Source of the DNA: Tepidisphaera sp.
GTDB taxonomy: Bacteria; Planctomycetota; Phycisphaerae; Phycisphaerales; UBA1924
NCBI GenBank assembly: GCA_050916045.1
Contig: CP051526.1
Coordinates: 3,968,001-4,032,000, forward strand
Length of the DNA stretch: 64,000 nucleotides
Direction of reading: 5' to 3'
Shown: positions 1 to 10,356 of the stretch, one piece after another
Layout of the letters: every line of letters begins with the position of its first letter
Numbering within the stretch: position 1 is the first letter of the stretch
The notes under the pieces: generated by a model
The model's database searches: none
The model's input: the letters and a program-made list of their open reading frames with translations, nothing else
What the model was told of the DNA's origin: nothing
Program-made: the position numbers and the translations under genes

Positions 1-1
1 C

Positions 2-574
2 GGGCGCAAGCGGTTCATCGCGGGGTGGGGGCTGGTGGGGCTCGGCCTCGCAGGTGTTGGTGCGATCGCGGTGTCCAGCCGGTACTCCATCGGCAAGTCA
101 TGGGCGCAGGACCCATCCGCTCCCAGCTCGATCTACGCGTTGACGCTGGGACGAGGGCAAGTCTCCGCGGCAGTTCTCGGGGAAGTTCCTCACCCCGCCA
201 CAAACGACTCCATCAACGGACAGAACATTCTCGCGGCCACGCAACGCGCGGTGAGAACCCGTCGCGAGGATCGCGTCACGCTGCGCTGGTGGAGGCCCGA
301 CGGGATCGGAATCGCCGAAGGGTGGAGCGAGCGCACGGTGTATGGACATCACACAGGGGCCATCGTGCTTCTCTGGCCGCTCGTGCTCATCGCCTTGGCG
401 AGCGGTACGCCCCTGATCGTCTCCGCGCGACGCGTGAGGAGGAAGACCCGGAGCGAACTTTGCACCGCCTGCGGATATGACATGAAGGGTCTCGCGGCGG
501 GGGCGGGGTGTCCGGAGTGCGGGAAGGCTGTCAGAGCCCGACGCGCCAGCGAGGGGGAGTCGGCGAAGGTGTGA
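2..574 (+). CDS. Membrane protein with C-terminal zinc ribbon; 5' end lies outside the window
   Basis: Frame is open from position 2. Two hydrophobic segments, then CTACGYDMKGLAAGAGCPECG. The last codons (RARRASEG) come from a REP arm. Confidence 0.75.
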   Translation, partial: GRKRFIAGWGLVGLGLAGVGAIAVSSRYSIGKSWAQDPSAPSSIYALTLGRGQVSAAVLGEVPHPATNDSINGQNILAATQRAVRTRREDRVTLRWWRPDGIGIAEGWSERTVYGHHTGAIVLLWPLVLIALASGTPLIVSARRVRRKTRSELCTACGYDMKGLAAGAGCPECGKAVRARRASEGESAKV

Positions 575-697
575 CGAAACACGACCCGCTCGTTCGGAAG
601 AGAAGGCTGGTTTGATGCGGGCATGACGCGACGCCCGAAGCGCACGATGGAGGGGTGGGGGTCGCCGCTTCTCCCTCGCTGGCGCGTCGGGCTCTGA
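531..697. repeat. REPIN-like inverted repeat (planctomycete-type REP pair)
   Basis: Perfect 25-bp inverted repeat: TCAGAGCCCGACGCGCCAGCGAGGG (531-555) and CCCTCGCTGGCGCGTCGGGCTCTGA (673-697), between convergent genes. Confidence 0.8.
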
Positions 698-702
698 AAG
701 AG

Positions 703-1704
703 CTATCCGCCCATCGCTTGCAGCATGGCTTTGCCCATGTCCGCGGGGGACATCGCGACGGTGACGCCGGCATCCTTGAGGGCTTTGATCTTTGCATCCG
801 CGGTGTCGTCCGCGCCGCCGATGATCGCGCCGGCGTGGCCCATGCGCCTTCCCGGCGGAGCCGTTCTCCCGGCGATGAAGCCCGCGACGGGCTTCTTGAG
901 CTTGCCCGAGCGGCGGGCGTCGGCGACCCACTTGGCCGCTTCGATCTCGTCGGTACCGCCGATCTCGCCGATCATGAGGATGCCGTGCGTGTCCGGGTCC
1001 TCGGAGAAGAGCTCGAGGCAGTCGATGTGGTTGAGGCCGCGGACAGGATCGCCGCCGATGCCCACGCACGTGGACTGGGCGAAGCCGAGCTGGCTGGTCT
1101 GCCACACGGCTTCGTACGTGAGCGTGCCGGAGCGCGAGACGATGCCGATGGCTTTCCCGCGCTTGGATTCGGAGATGTGGGTGTTGATGTAGCCGGGCAT
1201 GATGCCGATCTTGCAGCCGGCGGAGGTGTACGGCTTGCCGGGCTCGCCGGTCATCGATTCCATGTTCGTGCGGGGGCCGGGGGTGATGACGCCCGGGCAG
1301 TTGGGCCCGACGAGGATGAACCTGCGGTTGATCGCCGGGGCGTTGGCGCCGCCGTTGAGTTCGTCGAGGATCGCCCGGGCCCGGATCATGTCCTGAACCG
1401 GGGTGCCCTCGGTGATGCAGCAGATGACGCGGATGCCCGCGTAGGCGGCTTCGATGATGGCGTCGGCCGCGCCGGCGGGGGGGACGAAGATCATGGTCGC
1501 ATCGGCACCGGTGGCTTTCGCGGCCTGAGCGACGGTGTCGAAGATCGGCAGGCCGTTGGGGTCCTTCGTGCCGCCCTTGCCGGGGGTCACGCCGCCCACC
1601 ATCTTGGTCCCGTACAGGAGGCAGCCCTTGGTGTGGACCGCCCCGAAGGAGCCGGTGATCCCCTGGCAGATGACTTTGGTCGACGCGTTCACGAGAATGG
1701 CCAT
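703..1704 (-). CDS. sucD: Succinyl-CoA synthetase alpha subunit
   Basis: [44 protein letters not shown] and the phospho-His motif GRRMGHAGA. True start is ATG 1704, not the ORF-track start. Confidence 0.97.
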   Translation of the reverse strand: MAILVNASTKVICQGITGSFGAVHTKGCLLYGTKMVGGVTPGKGGTKDPNGLPIFDTVAQAAKATGADATMIFVPPAGAADAIIEAAYAGIRVICCITEGTPVQDMIRARAILDELNGGANAPAINRRFILVGPNCPGVITPGPRTNMESMTGEPGKPYTSAGCKIGIMPGYINTHISESKRGKAIGIVSRSGTLTYEAVWQTSQLGFAQSTCVGIGGDPVRGLNHIDCLELFSEDPDTHGILMIGEIGGTDEIEAAKWVADARRSGKLKKPVAGFIAGRTAPPGRRMGHAGAIIGGADDTADAKIKALKDAGVTVAMSPADMGKAMLQAMGG

Positions 1705-1894
1705 AGGCGGGGAGTGTAGACGCCGGGCGGCCACCCGCGTGTTTCGGGACCAGCGGTCGGCTTGCGTCGAGCCCCCGCTCCGCCAAGAATGATCTGAATC
1801 CGTCCCGACCCCTGAGCGAACTGGGGAAGGTGAGGGGGCGAGGTCGGGGGAGACTGGGTGTGGGGGTTTGGGGGTGTGGGGGACCGGAGCATTC

Positions 1895-3361
1895 ATGGCC
1901 ACGTACCGACCGCCGAGCGAACTGCCGCACCTTGACGCCCTGGACCCGGGGCTGCTTGAAGCGGTCGCCGCCGGCGAAGCCCGCCTCACGCCCGAGCAGG
2001 GGCTCGCCATCCTGACCAAAGCCCAGACGCCCACGCTCGGCCGCTGGGCCGACGCCCGCTGCCGCGAGATCCATGGCGACAGCATCCGCACATACATCAT
2101 CGACCGGAACATCAACTACACGAACGTCTGCTCCGCCAAGTGCACGTTCTGCGCGTTCCGCCGCGACGCGACCGACCACGACGCGTACGTCCTGCCCACC
2201 GAGACCATCCACCAGAAGATCGCCGAGCTTGAAGCCATCGGCGGAACGCAGATCCTGATGCAGGGCGGGATGAACCCGGATCTGCCCCTGGACTACTACA
2301 TCACGCTTCTCCAATCAATCAAGGAGAAGTTCCCCAAGATCCACATCCACGCGTTCAGCCCGCCGGAGTTCATCGAGTTCGTGCACTTCTTCGATCCGCC
2401 CGGAGCGAACCTCGAGGAGAAGATCCGCTGGGTCATGGTGCGCCTCCGCGATGCGGGGCTCGACAGCCTGCCGGGCGGCGGCGGCGAGATCTTCGCCCGC
2501 CCCGTGCGCCAGAAGATTGGCATGGGCAAGTGCGACGCGGAAAGCTGGCTCACCGTCATGTATGTCGCGCACACGCTCGGTATGTTCACCAGCGCGACGA
2601 TGATGTTCGGGCATATCGAGGGATACGCCGACCGCGTCCACCACATGATGCTTGTCCGGCAGTGGCAGGACCGCGTGCTGAGCGAAAGCGGTGCACCTTC
2701 GGGCGCGCCGGCTCGCGGGTCGGGCCGCGCGAAGTTCGAGGGGATGGGCCACTACAAAGCGTTCATCTCCTGGCCCTTCCAGCGCGAGAACACGCCCCTC
2801 GGCCGCGTCAAGGACTGGGGCGCGAACCCCGGCGAGATCGACAAGCCCTTCCCCGGCGACCTCGTCGCCGCCGCCCACGCGTGGGGCGCGAACCCGGACG
2901 TCGACTACCGCGATCTCGGGCCTGACGCGGCGGAGTTCGGCCGCCGCGTGCGCATGAGCGGGTCCACCGATTACCTCCGCACGCAGTCGCTTTCGCGGCT
3001 CTTCCTCGACAACATCTACTCGATCGGCGCCTCGTGGGTCACGATGGGCCCGCACGTCGGACAGGTGGGCCTGAACTTCGGCGCCAGCGACATGGGAAGC
3101 GTCATGATGGAGGAGAACGTCGTCTCTTCCGCGGGCACGACCTACTGCCTCGACGAAGCGGTGCTCTGCAGGCTGATCCGCGAGTCGGGGTTCGTCCCCG
3201 CCCAGCGGAACAACACGTACGACATCCTCAAGCTTCAGAGCGGGCCGGAAGCGCCGGACCTGGTCGTCACCGACTGGAGCCAGCACCGGGCACGCAAGAT
3301 GCACCAGGAAGCACCGCGGCAGCCCAAGCCCACGCCGGTTACCGTCGGCATCAGCAAGTAA
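1895..3361 (+). CDS. mqnC: CofH/MqnC-family radical SAM enzyme, probably cyclic dehypoxanthinyl futalosine synthase
   Basis: [20 protein letters not shown] (CxxxCxxC), [50 protein letters not shown] before ATG 1895. Confidence 0.85.
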   Translation: MATYRPPSELPHLDALDPGLLEAVAAGEARLTPEQGLAILTKAQTPTLGRWADARCREIHGDSIRTYIIDRNINYTNVCSAKCTFCAFRRDATDHDAYVLPTETIHQKIAELEAIGGTQILMQGGMNPDLPLDYYITLLQSIKEKFPKIHIHAFSPPEFIEFVHFFDPPGANLEEKIRWVMVRLRDAGLDSLPGGGGEIFARPVRQKIGMGKCDAESWLTVMYVAHTLGMFTSATMMFGHIEGYADRVHHMMLVRQWQDRVLSESGAPSGAPARGSGRAKFEGMGHYKAFISWPFQRENTPLGRVKDWGANPGEIDKPFPGDLVAAAHAWGANPDVDYRDLGPDAAEFGRRVRMSGSTDYLRTQSLSRLFLDNIYSIGASWVTMGPHVGQVGLNFGASDMGSVMMEENVVSSAGTTYCLDEAVLCRLIRESGFVPAQRNNTYDILKLQSGPEAPDLVVTDWSQHRARKMHQEAPRQPKPTPVTVGISK

Positions 3362-3378
3362 GCGGCCCCGAGGACGAC

Positions 3379-4872
3379 TCAGGAACCAAAGCCGCCGAAC
3401 CGCTTGGCTTGGAACGTCGCGTCGTCCATCAGGTAAAGCCCGACCAGCCAGTCTCCCGCGAGGTACGGCTTGACGCTGAGCTTGCCCGTGACCACGCCGA
3501 AGGTCGCGAGGCGGTCGTCCTTCGACACTTTGTCGGCGAGGCGCACCTCGACCGCGTCGTACGGCGTCGGGGGGACGCCGATGCAGCAGCCGTCCCACTG
3601 GTTGAGCATGCTCAGCAGTTCCTTGGGCTCTTCCACGTAAAGCGTGAACGCGACATAGCCGGTGAGCTTGACCCATTTGCCATCGAGCATCATGACGCGG
3701 CCGGGGAGCTTTTTCTGACCTTTGCGCGGGTCGTAGACGTCCTGAGCGGAGATCAGCATCTCCCACGTGACCTCGTAGGGCTTTTCCTTGGTGCCCTCGC
3801 CCTTGACGATGAACTTGTCATCGACGAGGATGGAGCCGTCGTCTTTCTTCTCGATCTTGGCTTCGGAAGCGACCTCGGGCGGCGTCTGGTTGTTCTGCGC
3901 GGTGGATGGCGCGGGGGTCGCGGGCGCGGCGGCGGGCGGGGCTTTGACCGCCGTCATCGTGAGCGGGGTGACCTGCCCGCGGGGCAGTGCGAGAATCTCA
4001 GCGGCCGAAGCGACAAGCGCCGCGCCCGAGGGGTCCTTGCCGGTCACCATGCCGACAACTTCGCCGCGATCGCTGACAAGCGGCATCCCCACGGGGTTGC
4101 TGGGCAGCGAAGCTTTGATCTGCACGCGACGACCCTGCAGGGTGTCGGTGCGATAGCCGAGCACCGTCGCCACGACGGTGGGTGAGCCCTTGAGCGGAAG
4201 GAGAAACTGCTGCGAATCCGCTGGCGCCTCGGCGGTGGCAAAGCGGAGCACGGTCGAGCCGGGAACGGCACGGGCGAGGCGCAGGATCGCGATGTCGCGG
4301 GACTGATCGATCGTCACGGTGCCGATGATCGGGATCGTCAAGCCGCCGGCGGTCGTGACCAGCCCCGACACGGCGCTGTCGAGCAGATGCGCGGGGCTGA
4401 CCACGAGGTCGGCGGTCATCTGGAACCCGGCGCGGGTAGCAAGCGGCTTGCCGTCGGACCCGGTGAGGGAGACGCGAACGACGCCGGACTGGGCGGTCGC
4501 GGGATCGGTCGCGAAGGAACCGGAGACCTGCCCGCCTTTGGGCTCATCCTGTGAAGCGGGAGCGGCGGCGGGAGCGGCTTCGGGCTTGGTTTCGGGTTTG
4601 GTTTCCGGCTTGGCCGTCGCTTCGGCTTCCGGTTTGGACGCTCCCGTCGCGGGGACCGATTCGCGTGCCTTGTTGTCGGGAGCGACCGTCGCGTCCGCCT
4701 GCTTGGGCAAAGCGGCTTTGGCTTGGGCTTCGGCGACCGCTTTGGCGGCATCGCGAGCGACGGCTTCGGAGTTGCGTGCGGCGGTGGCCGATCGCTGGGC
4801 CACGCGGGCGGTGTAGATCCAGCCGCCCGCGAGGAGCCCGGTGACCAGAAGCAGAATCCAGAACAAACGCAT
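3379..4872 (-). CDS. Membrane-anchored protein: degenerate trypsin-like domain plus C-terminal DUF3299-like domain
   Basis: N-terminal TM helix and Pro/Ala/Lys linker. Trypsin-like motifs AHLL, DIAILRL and GMPLVSDRGEVVGM. C-terminal LDGKWVKLTGY...GCCIGVPP typical of DUF3299. Confidence 0.7.
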   Translation of the reverse strand: MRLFWILLLVTGLLAGGWIYTARVAQRSATAARNSEAVARDAAKAVAEAQAKAALPKQADATVAPDNKARESVPATGASKPEAEATAKPETKPETKPEAAPAAAPASQDEPKGGQVSGSFATDPATAQSGVVRVSLTGSDGKPLATRAGFQMTADLVVSPAHLLDSAVSGLVTTAGGLTIPIIGTVTIDQSRDIAILRLARAVPGSTVLRFATAEAPADSQQFLLPLKGSPTVVATVLGYRTDTLQGRRVQIKASLPSNPVGMPLVSDRGEVVGMVTGKDPSGAALVASAAEILALPRGQVTPLTMTAVKAPPAAAPATPAPSTAQNNQTPPEVASEAKIEKKDDGSILVDDKFIVKGEGTKEKPYEVTWEMLISAQDVYDPRKGQKKLPGRVMMLDGKWVKLTGYVAFTLYVEEPKELLSMLNQWDGCCIGVPPTPYDAVEVRLADKVSKDDRLATFGVVTGKLSVKPYLAGDWLVGLYLMDDATFQAKRFGGFGS

Positions 4873-4926
4873 GATCGCCTCGCCTTTCACGCTGGTGCGT
4901 GCTTGGGATCTTTTCGGCCGCGGGGA

Positions 4927-6261
4927 TCAGCCCACGGGCCTGAGATTATTCGCAACCGGCGTCCGGTACGCGAGGATCGCCGGCAGGAGGCCGGCCAGCG
5001 CCGCCAGGATAACCACTCCCACCACCACGCCCAGGGTCAGGTCAGGCGGCAGCATCGGCGTCACGAAAACACCGTACTTCGCGCTCAGAAGCCAGGAAAC
5101 CAGCGTCCCGCCGATCAGCGAGAGGAAGACGCCCGCGAGCGCGCCCATCAGGCCTATGACGGCCGCTTCCGTCAGCACAAGCCCGAAGACACCCATGCGG
5201 CTGCACCCCAGCACGCGAAGGATCGCGATCTGACGCTTGCGCTGCTCCATCGAGTTGTAGAGGGCGATCGAGATCGAGAGGCCGCTGCCCACGAGCACGA
5301 CCAGCGCCATCCCGAGCAGGATCACGTCGAAGGTGCCGACGATCGCGAAAAGCCGGTCCAGCTCCTGCCGCGGGGACGCGACGGTGATGCTGGTGTCCGA
5401 CCGCAGCGTGTTGAAGACCTGGGGCAACGCCGCGGACGCGTCGGACCCCTTCCGCGTGGGCACGCGGAGGTAGATCCCGGTGATCAGGCGGTCCGAATCG
5501 ATCAGGTCCTCCTCGCCGAGGGGCGCGCCCTCGTGGCTGTGGCCCTCGTGGTGCTCGTGGTCAAGCTTGCCCTCACGCTCCAGGCGGTCAAAGGCATGCA
5601 TCAGCCAACTGCTCCGGAGCGAGACGAACAGGGCGCGGTCGTGCGAGCTTCCGGTGCGGGCGAGCACGCCGACGACCTTGAACTTGAACTCATCGTGGAC
5701 GTGGCCCTCGTGGCCGCCGCGCGAATCGCTCGACCCGTGCGTGAAGACGATCGAATCACCGAGCTTGAGCCCGCCGCGCGTCGCCGCATCGGCTCCGAGA
5801 ACGACCTCGAGGTCCGCACCAAAGAACTCACCCTGCGTGAGCTTCCACGGCTCGCCCGGCACGGGCTCGAACCTCGTGAAGAACTCGCGGCTGGTCGCGA
5901 CCACAGGCATGCCGCGGTAGCTGTCGCCGATCTGGATCGGGATCGCGAACCCGGGCGACATCGAGTCGGGCACTTCCGACGGGCCGAACCTCGCGATCTG
6001 CTCGAACTTCGAGTAAAGCAGCGCGTTCCGCGGAATCCCCGCGTAGTAGATGTTGTTGAGGACGCCGCTGAGAGGACTGGGGTCGTTCACCACCAGCATG
6101 TGCATCGTGCCGGCACCGCGCTCGAACGAACGCTTGCCCGACTCCGCCATCGTCAGAAGCGTGAGCAGAAGCCCGACCGCGACCGCCACGGAAAGGACCG
6201 TCGCGCCCGTCGAGAACCGCCGGGCCGCCAAGCTCCGCAGGATGATCGTCCATGAATTCAT
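4927..6261 (-). CDS. ABC transporter permease, FtsX/MacB family, His-rich
   Basis: MacB-type topology, QRKRQIAILRVLG motif, His patches GGHEGHVHDE and HEHHEGHSHE. ATGA overlap with the upstream ATPase. Confidence 0.88.
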   Translation of the reverse strand: MNSWTIILRSLAARRFSTGATVLSVAVAVGLLLTLLTMAESGKRSFERGAGTMHMLVVNDPSPLSGVLNNIYYAGIPRNALLYSKFEQIARFGPSEVPDSMSPGFAIPIQIGDSYRGMPVVATSREFFTRFEPVPGEPWKLTQGEFFGADLEVVLGADAATRGGLKLGDSIVFTHGSSDSRGGHEGHVHDEFKFKVVGVLARTGSSHDRALFVSLRSSWLMHAFDRLEREGKLDHEHHEGHSHEGAPLGEEDLIDSDRLITGIYLRVPTRKGSDASAALPQVFNTLRSDTSITVASPRQELDRLFAIVGTFDVILLGMALVVLVGSGLSISIALYNSMEQRKRQIAILRVLGCSRMGVFGLVLTEAAVIGLMGALAGVFLSLIGGTLVSWLLSAKYGVFVTPMLPPDLTLGVVVGVVILAALAGLLPAILAYRTPVANNLRPVG

Positions 6262-6965
6262 GAGAGCACCCCCGCGCGACCCGCGCCCAGTTCGGCGAAT
6301 CCCACCCGCCGCGAGAACCGCGAAGCCATCGCCGGATCGTGGCTGACGCAGAGCAGCGCCGCCCCCCGCGAGCGGCACGTCTCCTGAATCAGCGTCATCG
6401 TCGCCGCGGAGTTCTCCGGGTCCAGGCTCGCCGTCGGCTCATCCGCGAGCACGAGCACCGGATCCGTCACGACCGCCCGCGCGACCGCGACTCGCTGCTG
6501 CTGCCCTACCGACATCGCATCCACCGGCCGGTCGATATCCGTCAGGCCAAGCGCCCCCAGAGCATCGACCGCTCGCTTGCGGTGCTCACCCCGGGGCCAC
6601 TCGGAGAACATCAGCGCGGCCATCACGTTCTCCGCCGCCGAAAAGCCCGAGAGCAGGTTGAACGTCTGGAAGATCATGCCCAATCGCTTGCCGCGGAAGA
6701 GGTCGCGAGCAGCTCCCCGCTTGGCGTGCATGGCTTCGCCCCCCAGCTTGACCTCCCCCTCGGAAGGGTCGAGCAGCCCGGCGATAAGTTGCAGCAGCGT
6801 GCTCTTGCCGACGCCCGAACCACCGGTGATCAGCACCTGTTCGCCCTTGGCGAGCGAAAAAGCCGCCACATCAACCGTCCAGGGACCGGACGGCGTGTAT
6901 CGGTACCTCAGCCCGCGAATCTCGAGCGCGGCGGCCGCGCTCACGCTTTCGTGCTTCGAAGTCAA
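6258..6965 (-). CDS. ABC transporter ATP-binding protein (LolD-like)
   Basis: Walker A GGSGVGKS, signature MSVGQQQRVAVARA, Walker B LVLADEPT, H-loop VSHD. Start is TTG 6965 after AGGAG, or GTG 6944. Confidence 0.92.
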   Translation of the reverse strand: MTSKHESVSAAAALEIRGLRYRYTPSGPWTVDVAAFSLAKGEQVLITGGSGVGKSTLLQLIAGLLDPSEGEVKLGGEAMHAKRGAARDLFRGKRLGMIFQTFNLLSGFSAAENVMAALMFSEWPRGEHRKRAVDALGALGLTDIDRPVDAMSVGQQQRVAVARAVVTDPVLVLADEPTASLDPENSAATMTLIQETCRSRGAALLCVSHDPAMASRFSRRVGFAELGAGRAGVLS

Positions 6966-7040
6966 GCGAATGCTCCTGTGCGGCAGAGCGTACGCGGAGC
7001 CGCCCGAAAAGGTTCGGCCCCGCCCGCCATAAACTGCCCC

Positions 7041-8207
7041 GTGATCGACCTGGACCACAACGCGACCACCAAACCTTCCCCGGGCGTCGTCGAAGCGGTC
7101 GCCCGCGGACTGACCGAACTGTGGCATAACCCCTCCAGCGTCCACCGCGCCGGACAAGCCGCCCGGGCCGCGATGGAACGGGCCCGACGGTCCGTCGCCG
7201 ACCTCCTCGGCGCCTCCCCCCGCGAGATCGTGCTCACCTCGGGCGGCACCGAAGCCATCAACCTCGCGATCCGCGGGTTCCTCGATGCCGTCGGCCCGCG
7301 ACAGCCCCCCCCCGCTCTCATCACCACCCGGACCGAACACGCCGCCGTCCGCGACCTCGCGGAGGAACTCGCTCGAACCGGCAAAGCCCGTGTCACCTGG
7401 GTCGACGTCGATCGCCGGGGCGTCGTGGATCCCTCGGCGCTCGAGCGGGCTTGCGAACAAGCCGCCGGGATTCACCTCGCGTGCGTCCAGTGGGCCAACA
7501 ACGAGACCGGCGTCATCCAGCCCGTCGCCGAGATCGCGCGAATCTCCCGGCACCACGGAGGAGTGTTCCTCTGCGACGCCACCCAGTGGGTCGGCAAGAT
7601 GCCGGTGGGTTCGCTCGACCCGTTCGACATGCTCGTCTTCGCGCCGCACAAGTTCCATGGGCCCAAAGGCGTCGGCGTGTTCTGGTCGCGTCGCGGCGTG
7701 CGATACCGACCCACCGCGCTGGGCTCGCAGGAGCTCGGCCGCCGCGGCGGTACGGAGAACCTCCCGGGAATCCTCGGCGCCGGCGTCGCGAGCGATGAAG
7801 CCGCTTCCTGGCTCGCCGACCCCCTCGCGCGAAGCTCGCTCGCGGGCCTTCGCGACCGCCTCGAGCAGACCATTCTCGCCGCCATTCCGGACGCAAGCGT
7901 CAACGGCGCCGGCGGCGACCGACTCTGGAACACCACCAACATCGCGTTCCCCAAACTCGAAGCCGAAGCCATCCTGCTCGCTCTTTCCGAACAGGGTGTC
8001 AACGCCAGCGCCGGAGCCGCCTGCTCATCCGGAAGCCTCGACCCCTCGCCCGTCCTGCTCGCGATGGGCGTCCCGCCCGAAGCCGCCCACGGCTCGGTCC
8101 GCTTCAGCCTTTCGCGGCACTCGACCCTCGACGAGATCGACCGCGCCGCGGCGATCGTGATCGCCGTCGTCCGCCGCTTGTACGCGTCCATGTCGGGCCT
8201 GAGCTAA
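7041..8207 (+). CDS. iscS: Cysteine desulfurase (IscS/NifS group I)
   Basis: DLDHNATT, NPSSVH, TSGGTEA, ANNETG, PHKFHGPKG (PLP Lys) and SAGAACSSG (catalytic Cys). Confidence 0.92.
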   Translation: MIDLDHNATTKPSPGVVEAVARGLTELWHNPSSVHRAGQAARAAMERARRSVADLLGASPREIVLTSGGTEAINLAIRGFLDAVGPRQPPPALITTRTEHAAVRDLAEELARTGKARVTWVDVDRRGVVDPSALERACEQAAGIHLACVQWANNETGVIQPVAEIARISRHHGGVFLCDATQWVGKMPVGSLDPFDMLVFAPHKFHGPKGVGVFWSRRGVRYRPTALGSQELGRRGGTENLPGILGAGVASDEAASWLADPLARSSLAGLRDRLEQTILAAIPDASVNGAGGDRLWNTTNIAFPKLEAEAILLALSEQGVNASAGAACSSGSLDPSPVLLAMGVPPEAAHGSVRFSLSRHSTLDEIDRAAAIVIAVVRRLYASMSGLS

Positions 8208-8221
8208 GCCCGGCGCCCCAC

Positions 8222-10312
8222 TCACTTGCCCGTCAGTTCCTTCACCAGCTCGTTCGCTCCGTACACCGTACGGAAAGCTTCGACCATGCCGCGTGAGTCC
8301 ACGGCGACCGCGCGGCCAGACTGCGCATCGAACGCGAAATTGCCCACAAGCGAGTGGATGTTGCCGTCAAAGATCAGCCCGACGACCTCGCCCTTGGCGT
8401 TCACCACCGGAGACCCCGAGTTGCCTCCGATGATGTCCGCGGTGCAGATGAAATTGAACGGCACACCCTTCAGCGCGTCCTGCTTCTGAAGCCAAGCCGA
8501 CGGCAGGCCAAAGCCATCCTGCCCCTTGCGCTCCTCGTACCGGCGGAAAAGCCCCGAATACTCCGTGAACGCCGGCACCGTCTCGCCCGCCAGCGAATAC
8601 CCCGAGACCGTCCCGTACGACAACCGGAGCGTAAAGGTCGCATCGGGATAGACGCCCTCTCCCTCGACCGCAAACTTCGCCGCCGAGATCCGCGCGTACG
8701 CGTCGCGAAGAGGGGACTCCACCGTGTCCTCGTACCGCGTGCGGAGAGAACGCCACTCCGGGTCCAGCGCGGCCGCAAAGGACAGCAGCCCCGGCGCCCC
8801 CTTTTCCGCCAAGCCCCGTGCACCGGCTTCCACCAGCGTGCGACGGAGCATCACATCGGCCAAAGGCGTCCCCGCGATCAGCTCGGCCGCCCTCGCCGAG
8901 GGAGACTTGCCCGCCAAAAGCGTCCTGACCAGCGGGTCCTCGGCTCCAAGACGCTCGGCCGCGAACGTCAGCGCCTGAGTCAGGCCATGGATCTCAACAC
9001 TCTCGTAGACCGGCTCGGGCGAGTAAAGCCCAAGGTACACCGACTCAAGCTGAGCATCGCCGTACTCGCGCAGACGATCCTTGTTCGGCTTGGGCAGTTC
9101 CGAAGCCAGTTGAACGATCGTGAACGCGTGCCGCACGAGGTTGGATGCGCCCGCGAGACGATTGACGACCTGCCGACGAACCGCGAACTCCTGCTCGGCC
9201 CGCTTGATCCTCGCGACATCATCCCACGCCGAACCCCACTTGGCGTTCATCGCCGGGTCCTTCGCGACCGCTTCGCGAAGCTTCTGCTCCGCCGCCGCTT
9301 TGGCCGCCATCAGATCGGGATTGAGCAACCCCTCGTACTGCCCGGTGATCGCTTTGCGGCCGTTGGCGACGCCGAAAAGCTCGTCGGACACGATGCGCCG
9401 GTGCTCCGCAGAGCGACCGGCGAAGGTCTGTGCTTTGATCTCGCGACGCCAGAGATCCGCGAGACGACGCGGAAACTCCTGATCGCGGGCGATCCTGAGG
9501 TGGTCCACCGTGTGAAGCCTCTCAGTCCGCCCTGGATGCCCGAAGACGAAGACCAGCTCATTCTCCGCCGCCCCCTTCTCCGACCACTTGAGGTGGTTCT
9601 CCGAAGCGAGCGGCTTGCCGTCCTCGTAAATGCGGAAAAAGCAGCAATCAAGGTTGTACCGGGGAAACTCAAAGTTGTCCGTATCGCCCCCGAAGAACGC
9701 GATGGACTCCTCGGGTGCGAAGACCAGCCGCACATCCGTGTACGACTTGTACCGGTAGAGGTGGTACCGCGCGCCGCCGAAAAGCGTCACGACCTGGCTC
9801 TTGAGCTTGGTCGACTCGAGCGATGCCTTCTCAATCTCGGCGATCGCCTTCCGTCGCGCAGCCCCGGCGTCCGCCGCTGACATCCCCTCTTTCACCGCAT
9901 CCCCCACCTTCGACGTCACATCCTCGATCTCCCAGAGGATGTTGAGCTCAAGATCCGGGCAGGCAAGCTCATCCGCACGCGTCCGCGCGATGAAACCGTC
10001 CCTGAGCAGGTTCCGCTCCTTCGTGCTCAGCTTGAGAAGCATGTCCGAGCCGACATGGTGATTGGTCATCACGAGGCCGTCCGAAGACACCAGCGACCCC
10101 GACCCGCCCGTCTGGAATCGCACCGCCGAACGCTGCATGCGGAGAAGCCACTCCGGAGTCGCCGTGAACTTGTGCTTGTCCTTCAGCGCCGCGGGCGGGG
10201 CGTTCACAAGCCACATCCCCTCGTCCGCCCGCGCGGCCAGCGCACCAATCCCCGCCGCAAGCCCGGCGACCAGCATCCACAGACCTTTGACGCTCGTGCG
10301 ATTCTGATTCAT
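8222..10312 (-). CDS. S46-family dipeptidyl peptidase, secreted
   Basis: Signal peptide then DEGMW, MTNHHV, FFGGDTDNFEFPR and DIIGGNSGSPV. Confidence 0.93.
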   Translation of the reverse strand: MNQNRTSVKGLWMLVAGLAAGIGALAARADEGMWLVNAPPAALKDKHKFTATPEWLLRMQRSAVRFQTGGSGSLVSSDGLVMTNHHVGSDMLLKLSTKERNLLRDGFIARTRADELACPDLELNILWEIEDVTSKVGDAVKEGMSAADAGAARRKAIAEIEKASLESTKLKSQVVTLFGGARYHLYRYKSYTDVRLVFAPEESIAFFGGDTDNFEFPRYNLDCCFFRIYEDGKPLASENHLKWSEKGAAENELVFVFGHPGRTERLHTVDHLRIARDQEFPRRLADLWRREIKAQTFAGRSAEHRRIVSDELFGVANGRKAITGQYEGLLNPDLMAAKAAAEQKLREAVAKDPAMNAKWGSAWDDVARIKRAEQEFAVRRQVVNRLAGASNLVRHAFTIVQLASELPKPNKDRLREYGDAQLESVYLGLYSPEPVYESVEIHGLTQALTFAAERLGAEDPLVRTLLAGKSPSARAAELIAGTPLADVMLRRTLVEAGARGLAEKGAPGLLSFAAALDPEWRSLRTRYEDTVESPLRDAYARISAAKFAVEGEGVYPDATFTLRLSYGTVSGYSLAGETVPAFTEYSGLFRRYEERKGQDGFGLPSAWLQKQDALKGVPFNFICTADIIGGNSGSPVVNAKGEVVGLIFDGNIHSLVGNFAFDAQSGRAVAVDSRGMVEAFRTVYGANELVKELTGK

Positions 10313-10356
10313 GCCGGAGCTTAGGTGCCACGCGGGCGGGCTTAGGATGCGTACGC

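Noticed and set aside
98..2314. Long alternative-frame and antisense ORFs (e.g. 98-2314, 13460-15559, 34486-37212, 52194-54446)
   Set aside because: Shadow ORFs of well-supported genes in high-GC DNA, with no motifs of their own.
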